This document shows, in pieces, positions 34,524-46,640 of a stretch of DNA of 49,519 nt. Both the position numbers and the translations under genes were made by a program. Origin of the DNA: Octopus bimaculoides (taxonomy: Eukaryota); assembly GCF_001194135.2 (NCBI RefSeq), contig NC_068983.1, positions 97,666,974 through 97,716,492 of the forward strand, in the 5' to 3' direction. Within the stretch, counting starts at the first letter, position 1. The number at the start of each line of letters is the position of its first letter. A model generated the notes under the pieces. It searched no databases. It was not told where the DNA came from and worked only from the letters and a program-made list of their open reading frames with translations.

Positions 34524-34665
34524 ATATTGCTTTCTACTCTAGACAAAAGGCCCTAAGTTTTGGGGGAGGACAGTCAATTAGATTGACCCCAGTACGCATC
34601 TGGTACTCAATTTGTTGACTCCGAAAGGATGAAAGGCAAAGTCGACCTCGGCGGAAATTGAACTC
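34524..34665 (-). mobile_element. Short SINE (tail a), truncated at the B-box
   Basis: rc gagttcaatttccgccgaggtcgactttgcctttcatcc..tagagtagaaag. Confidence 0.85.
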
Positions 34666-34825
34666 TGTCTTTACATTCTGAGTTCAAATTCCGCCGAGGT
34701 CGACTTTGCCTTTCATCCTTTCGGAATTGATAAATTAAGTACCAATTACGTAGTGGGATCGATATAATCGTCTGGCCCCCTCCCCCAAAACTTCGGGCCT
34801 TGTGCTTAGGAGTAGAAAAAAATAT
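34666..34825 (+). mobile_element. Short SINE (tail a), head-truncated
   Basis: gagttcaaattccgccgaggtcgac..gggccttgtgcttaggagtagaaaa. Confidence 0.85.
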
Positions 34826-35074
34826 CGAGTCGAATATTACAAAGGATAAATGTAGATCATGCCATCGATCATTTGCTTTTATGAGTGCCTTGTGGTTGCT
34901 GTTGATACCCCCCCCCGCTTGTTTCTGTTGCTGTTGCTGGAGTTACTTCAGCTACATTATTTCTAGGTCGATGAGAGATCAAATCAGCCACTAGCCATGC
35001 TATGTTTATTGTATGTCCGGGCTTTTAATGTTGGTGGTTGACTCGACATTTTGGCTCAAGATTTTCTCAAGGTA

Positions 35075-35232
35075 CAGACGTTGGCTTGACCGAATCGTTA
35101 GAGCGTCGAACAATACACCTGTACAATTCATTTGGTTCTTATGTTGTAAGTTCAAATCCTTTCAATGTCAACTTTGCCATTTATCCCTTTGTGGATCGAT
35201 AAAATAAAGTACCAGTCAAGCACTCGGATCTA
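35075..35232 (+). mobile_element. Diverged short SINE with variant head
   Basis: gaatcgttagagcgtcgaacaa..aagttcaaatcc..tcaactttgccatttatccc..gataaaataaagtacc. Confidence 0.65.
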
Positions 35233-35589
35233 AATAATATTCTTAAACCATCAGGATATGAATGGATTCATAGTGTAGGATTGATATAAAGATTATTTAC
35301 ACAGCAAATTCATTCTCAAATCTGTGACTGATCAAGGTTGTCTTCCATTTTAAAACTGATAGCTGAGTTCGTTGAGGGAATTTTTCTGCTTCAGTCATCT
35401 TATTGAATGAAAACGTAAGAGCTCCTTTGCAATCCCTAATTAAAACACAGCTACATTTGTAGTTGTTTAGCACTAGATTATCTGTGATCATGAAGAAATA
35501 TAATCAAAGGCACCCCAACCATGAGCATCCCGTCTTTGTAAAGTACGTAGGATTATATAATCCCATCTAATGCTTGTTTTCATTCTTAC

Positions 35590-35802
35590 AGAAGAGTTGG
35601 CAGAATCGTTAGTACATTGGGCAAAATGCTTACCAGCGCTTCGTTCGTCTTTAAGTTCTGAGTTCAAATTCTACCGAGGCCGACTTTGCCTTTTATCATT
35701 CCGGGGTCGACAAAATAAGTACCAGTTATATGCTGGGGTCGATGTAATCAACTAGTCCCCTCCACCGATATTACTGATCTTGTGCCAAAATTTTTAATCA
35801 TT
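35590..35802 (+). mobile_element. Short SINE (tail b) interrupting a family U repeat (35503-35875)
   Basis: Complete family S layout; family U sequence on both sides. Confidence 0.85.
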
Positions 35803-36788
35803 TTTACAAGGTATTATTCAATGATAAGCCGGAGATTTAGCTAGCACTTCCGACTAAATGAGGCTCCCTCATTGGTTCATGTTTCCTTTTTTTTTCAATG
35901 TGATTAGTTAATGAATGAGCGACACAACACCGCGATTTTTATAGCATTCCTCCATAAATCGTAGGCTTCATAGTTGTATAAAAATCTATTTTGAGATATA
36001 GGTGGGTAAAGGAAGCTGAAGAGCATCGGGCAAGTTCAGCTATAGTATGTACTTCTGAATTTTTACATTCCGTGTTCAGGTACTACAGGAGTCAATTTAC
36101 TCACTCTATGTGAGCTTAATAATAAATCACAAGAAAAATACTAGATTTGATTTAAAGTACAATTACTTTCACCTCTTCATTTGGCTTCATGCCTAACATC
36201 CACATCTCTATCCAAACGTTTAACTATGCACTTACTGACATGAGTTAAATATCCTATTTTGCAAGAACTCAAACATGCGCCCTCTCTCTGGAAAAAGAAG
36301 GACAAAAATAAACACCATTATTTTATCAATTTATTGCTATAGATTCGAGTTGGTTTTGTATTTTTTTTTTTCACCAAAAGCTCCTTCATTGCTCGAGAAG
36401 GACATCTTGAAGATCGATAAGGCGTGATAATTGGTTCACTTCAAGATATGATTCCTGCCAGACTGATCCCAAATTAATACTATTAAGGTAAACAAACTTC
36501 CCTACCAAGACCAGGAACTGCATAATCACACACGCGCGCGCACTCACATACACACACACACAAACACACATACCCACATATGCACACACACACGCGGGCA
36601 AGCACGAACACACACGCGGGCAAGCACGAACACACACGCGACACACACACACAAACAAACAAACACGCACAGAAAGACTCACAATAACGAACGAACGTAT
36701 ACACATTATGTATATATATGGGCGTGCGTGTGTCTGTGTGTGTGTGTATTCAGGCATTTATGTACAAAGATGTATAGANNNNNNNNNN

Positions 36789-36821
<33 letters not shown>

Positions 36822-37103
36822 ATGTATGTATGTGTATATATATGTATATATATGGGCGTGCGTGTGTCTGTGTGTGTGTGTGTATTCAGGCATTTATGTA
36901 CAAAGATGTATAGATCATATAAAACATGCGCACACGCATACATACACTTATATATTATATGTGTGTGCATGTGTATCTATATCTATCTATTTACTTATCT
37001 ATCTACACACAGAATGTGTAGAGTTTCATATACATACACACATGTATCGGTAAAGTTTATTTCTTCATTTCCACCTGTGCCTGATTCTTACTCCCTCTCT
37101 CTT

Positions 37104-37108
37104 TCTCA

Positions 37109-37192
<84 letters not shown>
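37104..37192. repeat. (CT)n microsatellite
   Basis: Direct reading. Confidence 0.95.
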
Positions 37193-37197
<5 letters not shown>

Positions 37198-38138
37198 CCT
37201 TTCTGTTTCTTGTCTCTCTCACACACACACACACACACATACATATGCAGACGCACGCACACAAACACACACATTCGCACATAACACATAATTGTGTCTG
37301 GAATACAGATGTAGAAAACATACAGTAATCAAAGAGTAAAGTAAAAAAAAAAATGGAAGAAAAGAAAGAAAAAAACATGAACGATAGTGACATTAATTAT
37401 AACTCAGATCAGAGTTTAACTGGCATTATTCCACAATCGAATTAGTTTCGCGGCTGGAGTAGGTGTAGAGATACAGAGGGCTAGTGTTTCAATGGCCACA
37501 GATGCGTCAGTGTTCAACTTAATATTAGTATACTGACAAAAGAGTGCCGTTCAGTATTAATGAGTACAAGGAGACATTGAGTAGACAATGAATGCTACTT
37601 ACCTGTCAGTTTTTCACTATTTACTTCCACGTATCAAGGGACTTAATCTCATTTGTTTGTCGGCCAGTTCAGCCATATTGTACACAATCAGGTAATGCTG
37701 ATATGTATGTAGTGCGCATATAATACATACACACACAGATATATATATGTATATATATATATATGGATGTGTGTGTTTGTATGTGTGTGTGTGTGTATGT
37801 GTGTATATATATATATACATATACATATATATATATATATATATGTATGTATATATGTATGTACACACGTATGCATGTGTGTGTGTATGTATGTATGTGT
37901 GTATGTATGTATGTATGTATGTATGTACGAATGCATGTATATATGTATCCATGTATACATGTATGTTTGTATGTGCGTGTGTATGTATGTAGATATGTAT
38001 GTTTGTACTTATGAAAGGAAGGGAGATTGTATGTAAGTCACTGTGTATTTGTGTGCATATGCATGTTTGTATACATATGTATGTTTAGGTGTGTATGTAT
38101 TTTTGTATGCACGTATATGAAGTGCATGTTTCTGTACA

Positions 38139-38208
38139 TGTATAGGAAAATATGTATAGGAAAATATGTATAGGAAAATATGTATAGGAAAATATGTATA
38201 GGAAAATA
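38139..38208. repeat. Perfect 14-bp minisatellite TGTATAGGAAAATA x5
   Basis: Direct reading. Confidence 0.9.
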
Positions 38209-38507
38209 TTGTTGCACTAACTTCACAGGATGTTATACCTTTCGTGTCATCTCTGCATATGTCCAGTACGTAAGCATTTGGAGTATTATTCTTTTGCATA
38301 CGTAGCATCGCTTTTTGGTATCAGGTCAATGGGTTGATAAGGAGTGTTTTGGTCTTGTTGAAGCTCTTCGCAGTTTACTTAATCGGGATGTTGCAAAGAT
38401 TTGCTCCAGGGTTCATGCATGCATACAAACACACACACACATACATACATACATACATACATACATACATACATACATACATACATACATACATGCATAC
38501 ATACATA

Positions 38508-39042
38508 CATATATTGCCAACTGTGAGAGAATGTCTTCCAGATATCTTCCCATGAGATATAATGCGGTGGCCAGAACGGTGTGGAACAGGATAACAAAAC
38601 AGAAAATACCTACAAGCGAGGTTGACCGTATTGGGACCGATGGTTCTAAAGAATATTGGTGAAACATAAGAATTAAAAGAGCCACCAGGTTGAAAGCACA
38701 ACCGGGTAGATATCGTTGTGTGGAGCCACAAAGAAAAGAGATGTTCTGTTGTTGAAATCAGTTGCCTCCTGGACACGAATGTGGTTAGAAAAATACAAGA
38801 TAAAGAGAACATCTATGGACCATTGATAAGGAGTTCACAAATTCAGTACCCAAGATACACTTTCTGCTTTATACCCATTAGTATTGGAGTAACAAATACA
38901 TACTAACCTGTCTGGAGCAATAAAAATCTGCTAGACCGTAATATTTAAAAGATGACAATTAAATTAAGATACTTTCCTTTACAACCTTGCTATCAAGTCA
39001 GTGGCCGGTCAAATTTACTCTACATTGAAAAGAGAAAGAGAA
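38508..39042 (+). mobile_element. 5'-truncated R4/Dong-like non-LTR retroelement (RLE endonuclease) between (CATA)n arrays
   Basis: HIANCERMSSRYLPMRYNAVAR (end of CCHC + RHN-like), HNRVDIVVWSHKEKRCSVVEISCLLD (RPD..E/D), IPISIG, SGAIKIC*TV. The 3'UTR ends GAAAAGAGAAAGAGAA+(CATA)n. Confidence 0.8.
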
Positions 39043-39126
39043 CATACATACATACATACATACATACATACATGCATGCGTGCATACATGCATGCATGCA
39101 TGCATGCATGCATGCATGCATGCATA

Positions 39127-39258
39127 TATAGATGTTTTGTTGACGAAATCATCTGCCCTCTGGGCACCAATGTTATCAGAAAAATACAGGAGATAAAAAA
39201 AAAACGTCAATGGACCATTGACAAGGTGTTTACATATCCAGTTCCTATTGACACAAAC
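39127..39258 (+). mobile_element. Second R4/Dong-like endonuclease fragment
   Basis: CFVDEIICPLGTNVIRKIQE is colinear with 38743-38850. Confidence 0.6.
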
Positions 39259-41417
39259 CCTCTCTCAAATGTTTTTCTCCAATATACTGGTGCATATTTT
39301 GAGAGAGCGCTTCTCTATCCACTCTCACTTTCCTCGGGACTTAGAAAAGTCTGTCCTCATTCGTTTCAGCCTCATCCACTACACAACCTTTTTTTGCCAT
39401 AGCCACTTGACGGAGGAACACCTCCTACCTCCACCTTGTCAAAGGTGAGTGGCGGAATGATGAATTGAACTAATATCCAGAGTCGTTCTTCACACGACAA
39501 CAACTGCTCGAGAATAATAGAATGAATAATAAATGACACTGTGCGGCGATTATGAACCTATGTGCACACAAAATTCTCTGACGATATGTTTAATAAATGC
39601 GTATTTCGTTTCGCATTGGGTAGAAATACAAAATGGGGGAAAACTAGAGGAACTTCAGCAGTTAAATGCGGTTATCGTACCACTAGTTTCATCTTTTGTA
39701 AGGTTCGTCAGTAAAATGTGCATACTGATAGCGCATTTGTCAATTAAGGTGGGGAAAAAGCAATGAAGGGTATCCGATTAGATGGCAATTACTTCTGGTA
39801 TGAGAGAGATAAAGCCACTTACACTTTAAAAAAAGAGCATCAACCCTAGAAACATTTAAAGGAGTATTCGTATTTCCTACAATATTTATGACAAATATCG
39901 CCTATTGTATTTTCTAAAATACACTGAATTATTTCAAGATATTTACACTAGCTCAGGAGAAATACTCGTGGCGACACAATTATACAGAAAGCTGCTATAC
40001 ATACACCTAGCTTCCAAATTTTAACTTTTCTAGTAAAACTTTTTTTGCTATTCATGTGAACCTACACCTATCTTAGGAAATGGCAATGCAAAAACACTGT
40101 GGAACGTGAGATTATAAAGGCCAGACAGAGCCTCATAAATTTGACATTATTTTATAATAGAAAAAGGCAACTGTATAATAATAATCGATATAATCATACG
40201 GAGTTACTATATTGTCATTGTAGAATTCTGCTGAATCTGCCTAACTTTTGAATTAAAACTGTCACGGCACTTAAATTATATATCCATTAGTCCATTTGTA
40301 ATCTGTATAAAAGGAATTTGTATATATGTCGAAGGTGTAATTATGAGAATAAATAGATATGTTCCAGAAAATATTACTGATTTCTTTTTGCTCCTCTGAA
40401 CAACGAAACTACCTTCCACCACCACTGTAGCTTACTAGACGTCCATGCATCCACACCATGATTCATGCCCTAAATTCCACTATAAACACTTTCCACAAAC
40501 CTTCATAACCAGAACCATATACTTTTCGATTTAACTGTCTCCCTATGTTTTACATACAAACAACAGTCAAGCGAAGTTTAAACATATTGTAAAGGAAGTT
40601 GAAAATGATAATTTTATTTTAGGGTTTGCTCCGGCACAGAAACGGATGCATCAGATGGATCTCGATTGAAACGATGTGCAACTAACTTGGTCAGATGATC
40701 GAACACCGTTTTAATAGTAGCACAGTAGAATGAGGGTACAACCTGTCTGTTGGTTAAAGGTTACGGTGTGTTTTTGAGTGAGTCATGGGTAATGCTGTTA
40801 GTTTTCCAATGCTCTACATATTGCTTATTAGGAGCTTAGTATTAGTTTCTCAATGTGGTTTATACCATTGCACCGCACACTGGTGTGCCACGAATTGAAG
40901 CTAGGTGTGCCGCAGTGTAACCTGAAAATAATCTTCTCCCCTATACTTTTAGTCATATTTTTAGTTCAGGTATACCGCCGAATGATGAAAAGAACATAAG
41001 TGTACTGCAAGTGGAAAACAGTTGTGGAGCACTGGTTTGTACAACATTTCAGATACATCAAAACTTGTGAATACGTTATAGATTTTTTTTTTTTTTTTTG
41101 CAGTCAAATTATGTGAATTACGTTTGGAGTGGAAACTATTTCTATATCTCAGGGGTTTTACTAGCAATGTCTACGAAATTTACTTCGAAGCAATTGAAGG
41201 CTTTCATGCGTTGTAGTAGATATATAAGCGACTGAGAGACGAGTGATTTTGCACATGTTAAGTTTCTAAACTGCTCTTCTATGGAACTTTCGAAGCTACT
41301 GTAAAATCTACGACGCGAAATAAAGAGACTAAAAAACACATACACATGAATGATGATACCTTTTCGTTGAAACATAGATCTACTTTCAGGAATTAAATTT
41401 GGTACTCTTTATATCCA

Positions 41418-41543
41418 GTTTGTATCAATTGGTACTGGATTTGCAAACACCTTATCAATAGTCCCTTAACATTTTCATTTCTCTTGTATATTTCTGACCA
41501 CATTGGTGCCCAGAGGACAGTTGATTTCCTTTAGAGAACATGT
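41418..41543 (-). mobile_element. Third R4/Dong-like endonuclease fragment (inverted)
   Basis: rc gaaatcaactgtcctctgggcaccaatgtggtcagaaatatacaagag matches 39127-39258. Confidence 0.6.
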
Positions 41544-41777
41544 TAAGGCGGCGAGCTGGCAGAAACGTTAGCACACCGGGCGAAATGCTTAGCGGTATTT
41601 CTTCTGCCTTTACCTTCTGAGTTCAAATTCTGCCGAGGTCGACTTTGCCATTCATCCTTTCGGGGTCAATAAATTAAGTAACAGTTACGCACTGGGGTCG
41701 ATGTAATCAACTTAATCCCTTTGTCTGTCCTTGTTTGTCTCCTCTATGTTTAGCCCCTTGTGGGCAATAAAGAAATA
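41544..41777 (+). mobile_element. Short SINE (family S, tail c) with 9-bp TSD
   Basis: AGAACATGT at 41535-41543 and 41778-41786; distinct tail cttaatccctttgtctgtcc..ttgtgggcaataaagaaata. Confidence 0.92.
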
Positions 41778-41886
41778 AGAACATGTATGTATGTTTGTAT
41801 GTATGTATGTTTGTATGTATGTATGTATGTATGTATGTATGTATGCATGCATGCATGTATGTATGTATGCATGTATGTTATATATG

Positions 41887-41920
<34 letters not shown>

Positions 41921-41929
41921 TTTATGTAC

Positions 41930-42030
41930 TTCTCTTTCTCTTTTCAATGTAGAGTATATTTTGACCGGCCACCGACTGGATAGCAAGGTTATGAAGAAAT
42001 GAATCTTGATTTAACAGCCATCCTTTAAAT
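41930..42030 (-). mobile_element. R4/Dong-like 3'UTR abutting (CATA)n
   Basis: rc accttgctatccagtcggtggccggtcaaaatatactctacattgaaaagagaaagagaa matches 38943-39042. Confidence 0.75.
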
Positions 42031-42106
42031 GTGTTGTACTTGAAGAAACATAGGGTTTAGAGTTGTGAATTTCGCCAGTCTAAATTTGTTCGCATCAACA
42101 CATGCA

Positions 42107-42144
<38 letters not shown>

Positions 42145-43003
42145 NNNNNNNNNNNNNNNNNNNNNNNNNNNNNNNNNNNNNNNNNNNNNNNNNNNNNNNN
42201 NNNNNNNNNNNNNNNNNNNNNNNNNNNNNNNNNNNNNNNNNNNNNNNNNNNNNNNNNNNNNNNNNNNNNNNNNNNNNNNNNNNNNNNNNNNNNNNNNNNN
42301 NNNNNNNNNNNNNNNNNNNNNNNNNNNNNNNNNNNNNNNNNNNNNNNNNNNNNNNNNNNNNNNNNNNNNNNNNNNNNNNNNNNNNNNNNNNNNNNNNNNN
42401 NNNNNNNNNNNNNNNNNNNNNNNNNNNNNNNNNNNNNNNNNNNNNNNNNNNNNNNNNNNNNNNNNNNNNNNNNNNNNNNNNNNNNNNNNNNNNNNNNNNN
42501 NNNNNNNNNNNNNNNNNNNNNNNNNNNNNNNNNNNNNNNNNNNNNNNNNNNNNNNNNNNNNNNNNNNNNNNNNNNNNNNNNNNNNNNNNNNNNNNNNNNN
42601 NNNNNNNNNNNNNNNNNNNNNNNNNNNNNNNNNNNNNNNNNNNNNNNNNNNNNNNNNNNNNNNNNNNNNNNNNNNNNNNNNNNNNNNNNNNNNNNNNNNN
42701 NNNNNNNNNNNNNNNNNNNNNNNNNNNNNNNNNNNNNNNNNNNNNNNNNNNNNNNNNNNNNNNNNNNNNNNNNNNNNNNNNNNNNNNNNNNNNNNNNNNN
42801 NNNNNNNNNNNNNNNNNNNNNNNNNNNNNNNNNNNNNNNNNNNNNNNNNNNNNNNNNNNNNNNNNNNNNNNNNNNNNNNNNNNNNNNNNNNNNNNNNNNN
42901 NNNNNNNNNNNNNNNNNNNNNNNNNNNNNNNNNNNNNNNNNNNNNNNNNNNNNNNNNNNNNNNNNNNNNNNNNNNNNNNNNNNNNNNNNNNNNNNNNNNN
43001 NNN

Positions 43004-43314
43004 GTCCCACTGCGTGGAACCTTGAGCAAGTGTCTTCTACCAAAGCCTTGTGAGTGGATTTGGTAGACGGAAACTGAAAGAGGCCCGTCGTATATATGGA
43101 TATACATATGTATATGTGTGTATATGTTTGTGTGTCTGTGTTTGCCCCCCCCCCAACATCGCTTGATAACCGATGCTGGTGTGTTTACGTCCCCGTAACT
43201 TAGCAGTTTGGCAAAAGATAGAATAAGTACTAGGCTTACAAAGAATAAGTTCTGGGGTCGATTTGCTCGACTAAAGGTGGTGCTCCAGCATGGCCGCAGT
43301 CAAATGACTGGAAC
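43004..43314 (+). mobile_element. Long SINE (family L), head in the gap
   Basis: gtcccactgcgtggaaccttgagcaagtgtcttc..ccagcatggccgcagtcaaatgactg. Confidence 0.9.
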
Positions 43315-43813
43315 ATTCTTCTATTGAACTGCCATTGGTTCTATTGAACTTCCATTATAATTATTAGTCAATTAATTAATATTTAACCAAATTAGTTAAA
43401 CCATTGTTTGATTTATCGTTCGGTCATTTAATCAGTCTGCTAGACTTGTTGAAGTCCTTTCGATGCTATTGACAAAAGGGCTTTGAGAAACCAAACTGAT
43501 TGACTGATTGATCGATTGATTGATTGATTGACGGACCGAACAAGTAATCAGACAATCGATTTGATACTTGTTTAAATATTAAATAATCCACTAATGATAA
43601 TGATAAAAAAACTGAAATGGAATCAGTGTGTGTGCGTATTATTGACATAATGACCCTCCCGTTATCAAGAATCTTGCAAACCAAAAAAAAAAAAAAATGG
43701 AAATTATGTGAAACAATTCGTTTTTAACGCAGGACCCTGAAATTGATCAAGATACAATTTCTATTCAAAAAGTTTCTAACCCAGTATTACCATATTATTA
43801 TTTACACTCTTTA

Positions 43814-44263
43814 TCTATTTCGAAATCTGCCGTTAAAACCAATTATTTCACTTTCTCTCGAAATTCCTAAAAACTATGCATTTATTTTAATACATTTTAG
43901 CTGTCCCTATTCTAAACTTATGTCGTATAATGTAACCATTTCTATATGGTTACATTATTGCTCTAAACATGATGTTTATTCCTCTTTAATAAGTAATTTG
44001 CCAGAGTTTTGCATAAAAAGTTTCGCTGTATATNNNNNNNNNNTCTATTTCGAAATCTGCCGTTAAAACCAATTATTTCACTTTCTCTCGAAATTCCTAA
44101 AAACTATGCATTTATTTTAATACATTTTAGCTGTCCCTATTCTAAACTTATGTCGTATAATGTAACCATTTCTATATGGTTACATTATTGCTCTAAACAT
44201 GATGTTTATTCCTCTTTAATAAGTAATTTGCCAGAGTTTTGCATAAAAAGTTTCGCTGTATAT
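43814..44263. repeat. 220-bp identical duplication flanking a 10-N gap (probable assembly overlap)
   Basis: 43814-44033 equals 44044-44263. Confidence 0.85.
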
Positions 44264-44368
44264 GCAAATAATTTATTTCCTTATTGAATATAATGTGTCT
44301 ACGTGTCTACTTGTGCGTGTGAGTGAGTGTGTGTGTGACAGAGAGAGAGAGAGAGAGAGAGAGTGTGT

Positions 44369-44403
<35 letters not shown>

Positions 44404-45254
44404 TGTGTGTGCATGTGTATTTGGTACCTATTGGCAAGAGTAACACAAACGTTTCAAGTAGTAGTAGTAGCAGCAGTAGAAGTAGCAGCGGCGGCGATAG
44501 TAGTAGTAGTGATAGTATCAGAAGTAGCAGCAGTAGTAGTAGTAGTAGCAGCAGTAGAAGTAGGAGAAGGAAGAGGAGGGGAGAGGTGGAGAAGGAGAAA
44601 GAGGAGGAGGTGGAAGAGGAGGTGGAAGAGGATCAGGAGAAGAGCATTGTAGAAAATGAAACAGAATATATTTTAGATTAGAAAAGAACTTTGTTTATCT
44701 TAATTTTGAAAAATAAAAAAAAACGCATTATTTATGGGATGACACAATGTATATATAAAATAAGAACACAAATTGCTTAAAGGTTCACTACTGCTGTTTC
44801 TGGTGCGTCTTTTATTGACGAATAATTCGCTTGTGTCATGAAAGAAAAAGAAAGAAAGTTTTCTTCAGGTAGATCAAAAATTTTTAATTCGTTCGGAGAA
44901 AGAAATACCACAGGATGTGAAATGGAGATTGCCCCCTCTCATTTCGGCAGCGACATGTGTGTAGATGATTGTATAACAAATAGTAATTACTAGTTGTAGG
45001 AACAACAGGTAGGAACAGCATTAACCAGCAATAATATTTACTTACCAATGATGCAACTAATACTACTGGGTTGTTGTTTTTTTATCGTATTTATAACTTA
45101 CTGCCGTGATCCATTGGTTTAGAACGGCGCGGAAACAAAAAATTCCCATAACAGACCAGCGCTTAATCTATAGAAAACTTCATATTTCAAACACTTTTTC
45201 CAAGCAACTGAAGAGCTAAGAGCCAAATTATGTGATCTTCATAATTCTCGGACA

Positions 45255-45474
45255 TGTGATGGGGTGCTGAAAAGCTCCTAGCAATGAGGATATTGGGAAA
45301 GGCCAGGTTGGAGGCTCAGCCTTCCGATTTCTTTTATAGGGCTTAGAAAAAAATGAAGGACCGCTGCAAAAAGTGTAAATCTGACAGGAATATGTTGGAT
45401 AAAATCATAGCTAACGCTGACCCTCCTGTATTTTCTTTTACCCAAAGCCAGGAACTTTTCAGCAACCCCTCACA
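45255..45474 (+). mobile_element. Mariner-derived MITE, both TIRs present
   Basis: TGTGATGGGGTGCTGAAAAGCTCCT and AGGAACTTTTCAGCAACCCCTCACA; interior KDRCKKC resembles the transposase C-terminus. Confidence 0.75.
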
Positions 45475-45764
45475 CACACACACACACACACACACATATC
45501 CTTTAACCCAAATCCAAGACCTTTTCAGCATTCCTTTGTACATACCATTTCATTGATTCAAATGATTTCCGCATCATAATACTCGAGAAGAGGCTATGCT
45601 GAGGAGATCTCTGTAGCGTCGGGTAAAAGAACACCCTTGTGCACTATACATAGTTGTATATATAAAAAAAGACAGACTCATATATTCTTATACATGTATG
45701 CATAAACACATGTTTACATATACATATACTCAAAGACGTATACGCATATACGCACCTGTCGCTC

Positions 45765-45960
45765 TGTGGTTCAGGCCCACGAGCGGCACCATGAACAAAT
45801 ATCTTCAACTAAAGCCCAGAGCCGACCAATGCCTTGTTGTTAGATTTCGTCGGTAGCAGTTAAGAAAAGCTCATCGTATACATACATTAACATATAGATG
45901 TGCGTGTGTATACACACATATACATCTGTATATAAAAATACATTATTTATATATACATAT

Positions 45961-46044
<84 letters not shown>

Positions 46045-46239
46045 CTGTGTTTATCTACCGCCATCGCTTGACAACCGGTTTTGGTTTGTTTACATTAGCG
46101 TGACTTAGCTCATAGAATAAATACCAGGCTTTAGGGAAAAAATAAGTACTAGGGTCAATTTGTTCCACTAAAACCCTTCAAGTTGACACCCCAGCATGGC
46201 CGCCTTCCAGTGACTGAAACAATTAAAAGATGAAAGATA
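45765..46239 (+). mobile_element. Diverged long SINE (family L) with long internal (GT)n
   Basis: ggttcaggcccacgagcggcaccatgaacaa..catcgcttgacaaccgg..ccagcatggccg..tgactgaaacaattaaaaga. Confidence 0.75.
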
Positions 46240-46346
46240 TGCATACGTACACACATGCATATACATACATACATACATACATCCATACATACATACATAC
46301 ATACATACATACATCCATACATACATACATACATAGATACAAACAT

Positions 46347-46640
46347 GATTCTCAAAACCAGAAAGGAGAAAGTTGATTCGAAGATTACAGATCCAAGCCA
46401 TCAATGGAATTGTAAGAATCTGTAAAACTGTCCATAAGTTTACTATTTAAGCATTTCTAGATATACAACTATATCCATGAGAATGCATGCATAAAACAGA
46501 ACATATAAATCTGCACATATACACGCATACAAAAATACCCTGTTGTTGATGTTGAAATTCCAATGAAGGGGCCTTGGATCTAGGTTAGAAACCGGCTCTT
46601 TCTCTATTGGCAAGAAATCTTGAAATAAAACTGAATAATG
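46347..46640 (+). mobile_element. R4/Dong-like element extreme 3' end (second subfamily) embedded in (CATA)n
   Basis: LIRRLQIQAINGIVRICKTVHKF resembles the RLE-LINE C-terminus (compare SGAIKIC*TV at ~38910). (CATA)n on both sides; 3'UTR differs from the 38508 copy. Confidence 0.65.

Noticed and set aside
36381-36487. 107-nt plus-strand exon candidate and minus ORF tail QFLVLVGK..DVLLEQ
   Set aside because: Stops in all three plus frames; the minus ORF is mostly (GT)n-derived and has no recognisable motif.
39395-39440. Protocadherin fragment from AIAT/DGGTPP similarity
   Set aside because: It needs a frameshift, lacks LDRE/DXNDN motifs and has no extended cadherin repeat; likely chance.
41104-41235. 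43-codon frame after a poly-T/CAG acceptor
   Set aside because: No recognisable homology or partner exon; poly-T tracts create acceptor look-alikes.
17038-41777. tRNA genes from A/B-box matches; CRISPR-like arrays from repeated SINE cores
   Set aside because: The boxes are SINE heads without a cloverleaf and continue into SINE body. Repeats are dispersed, with no regular repeat-spacer period and no cas genes in a eukaryotic context.
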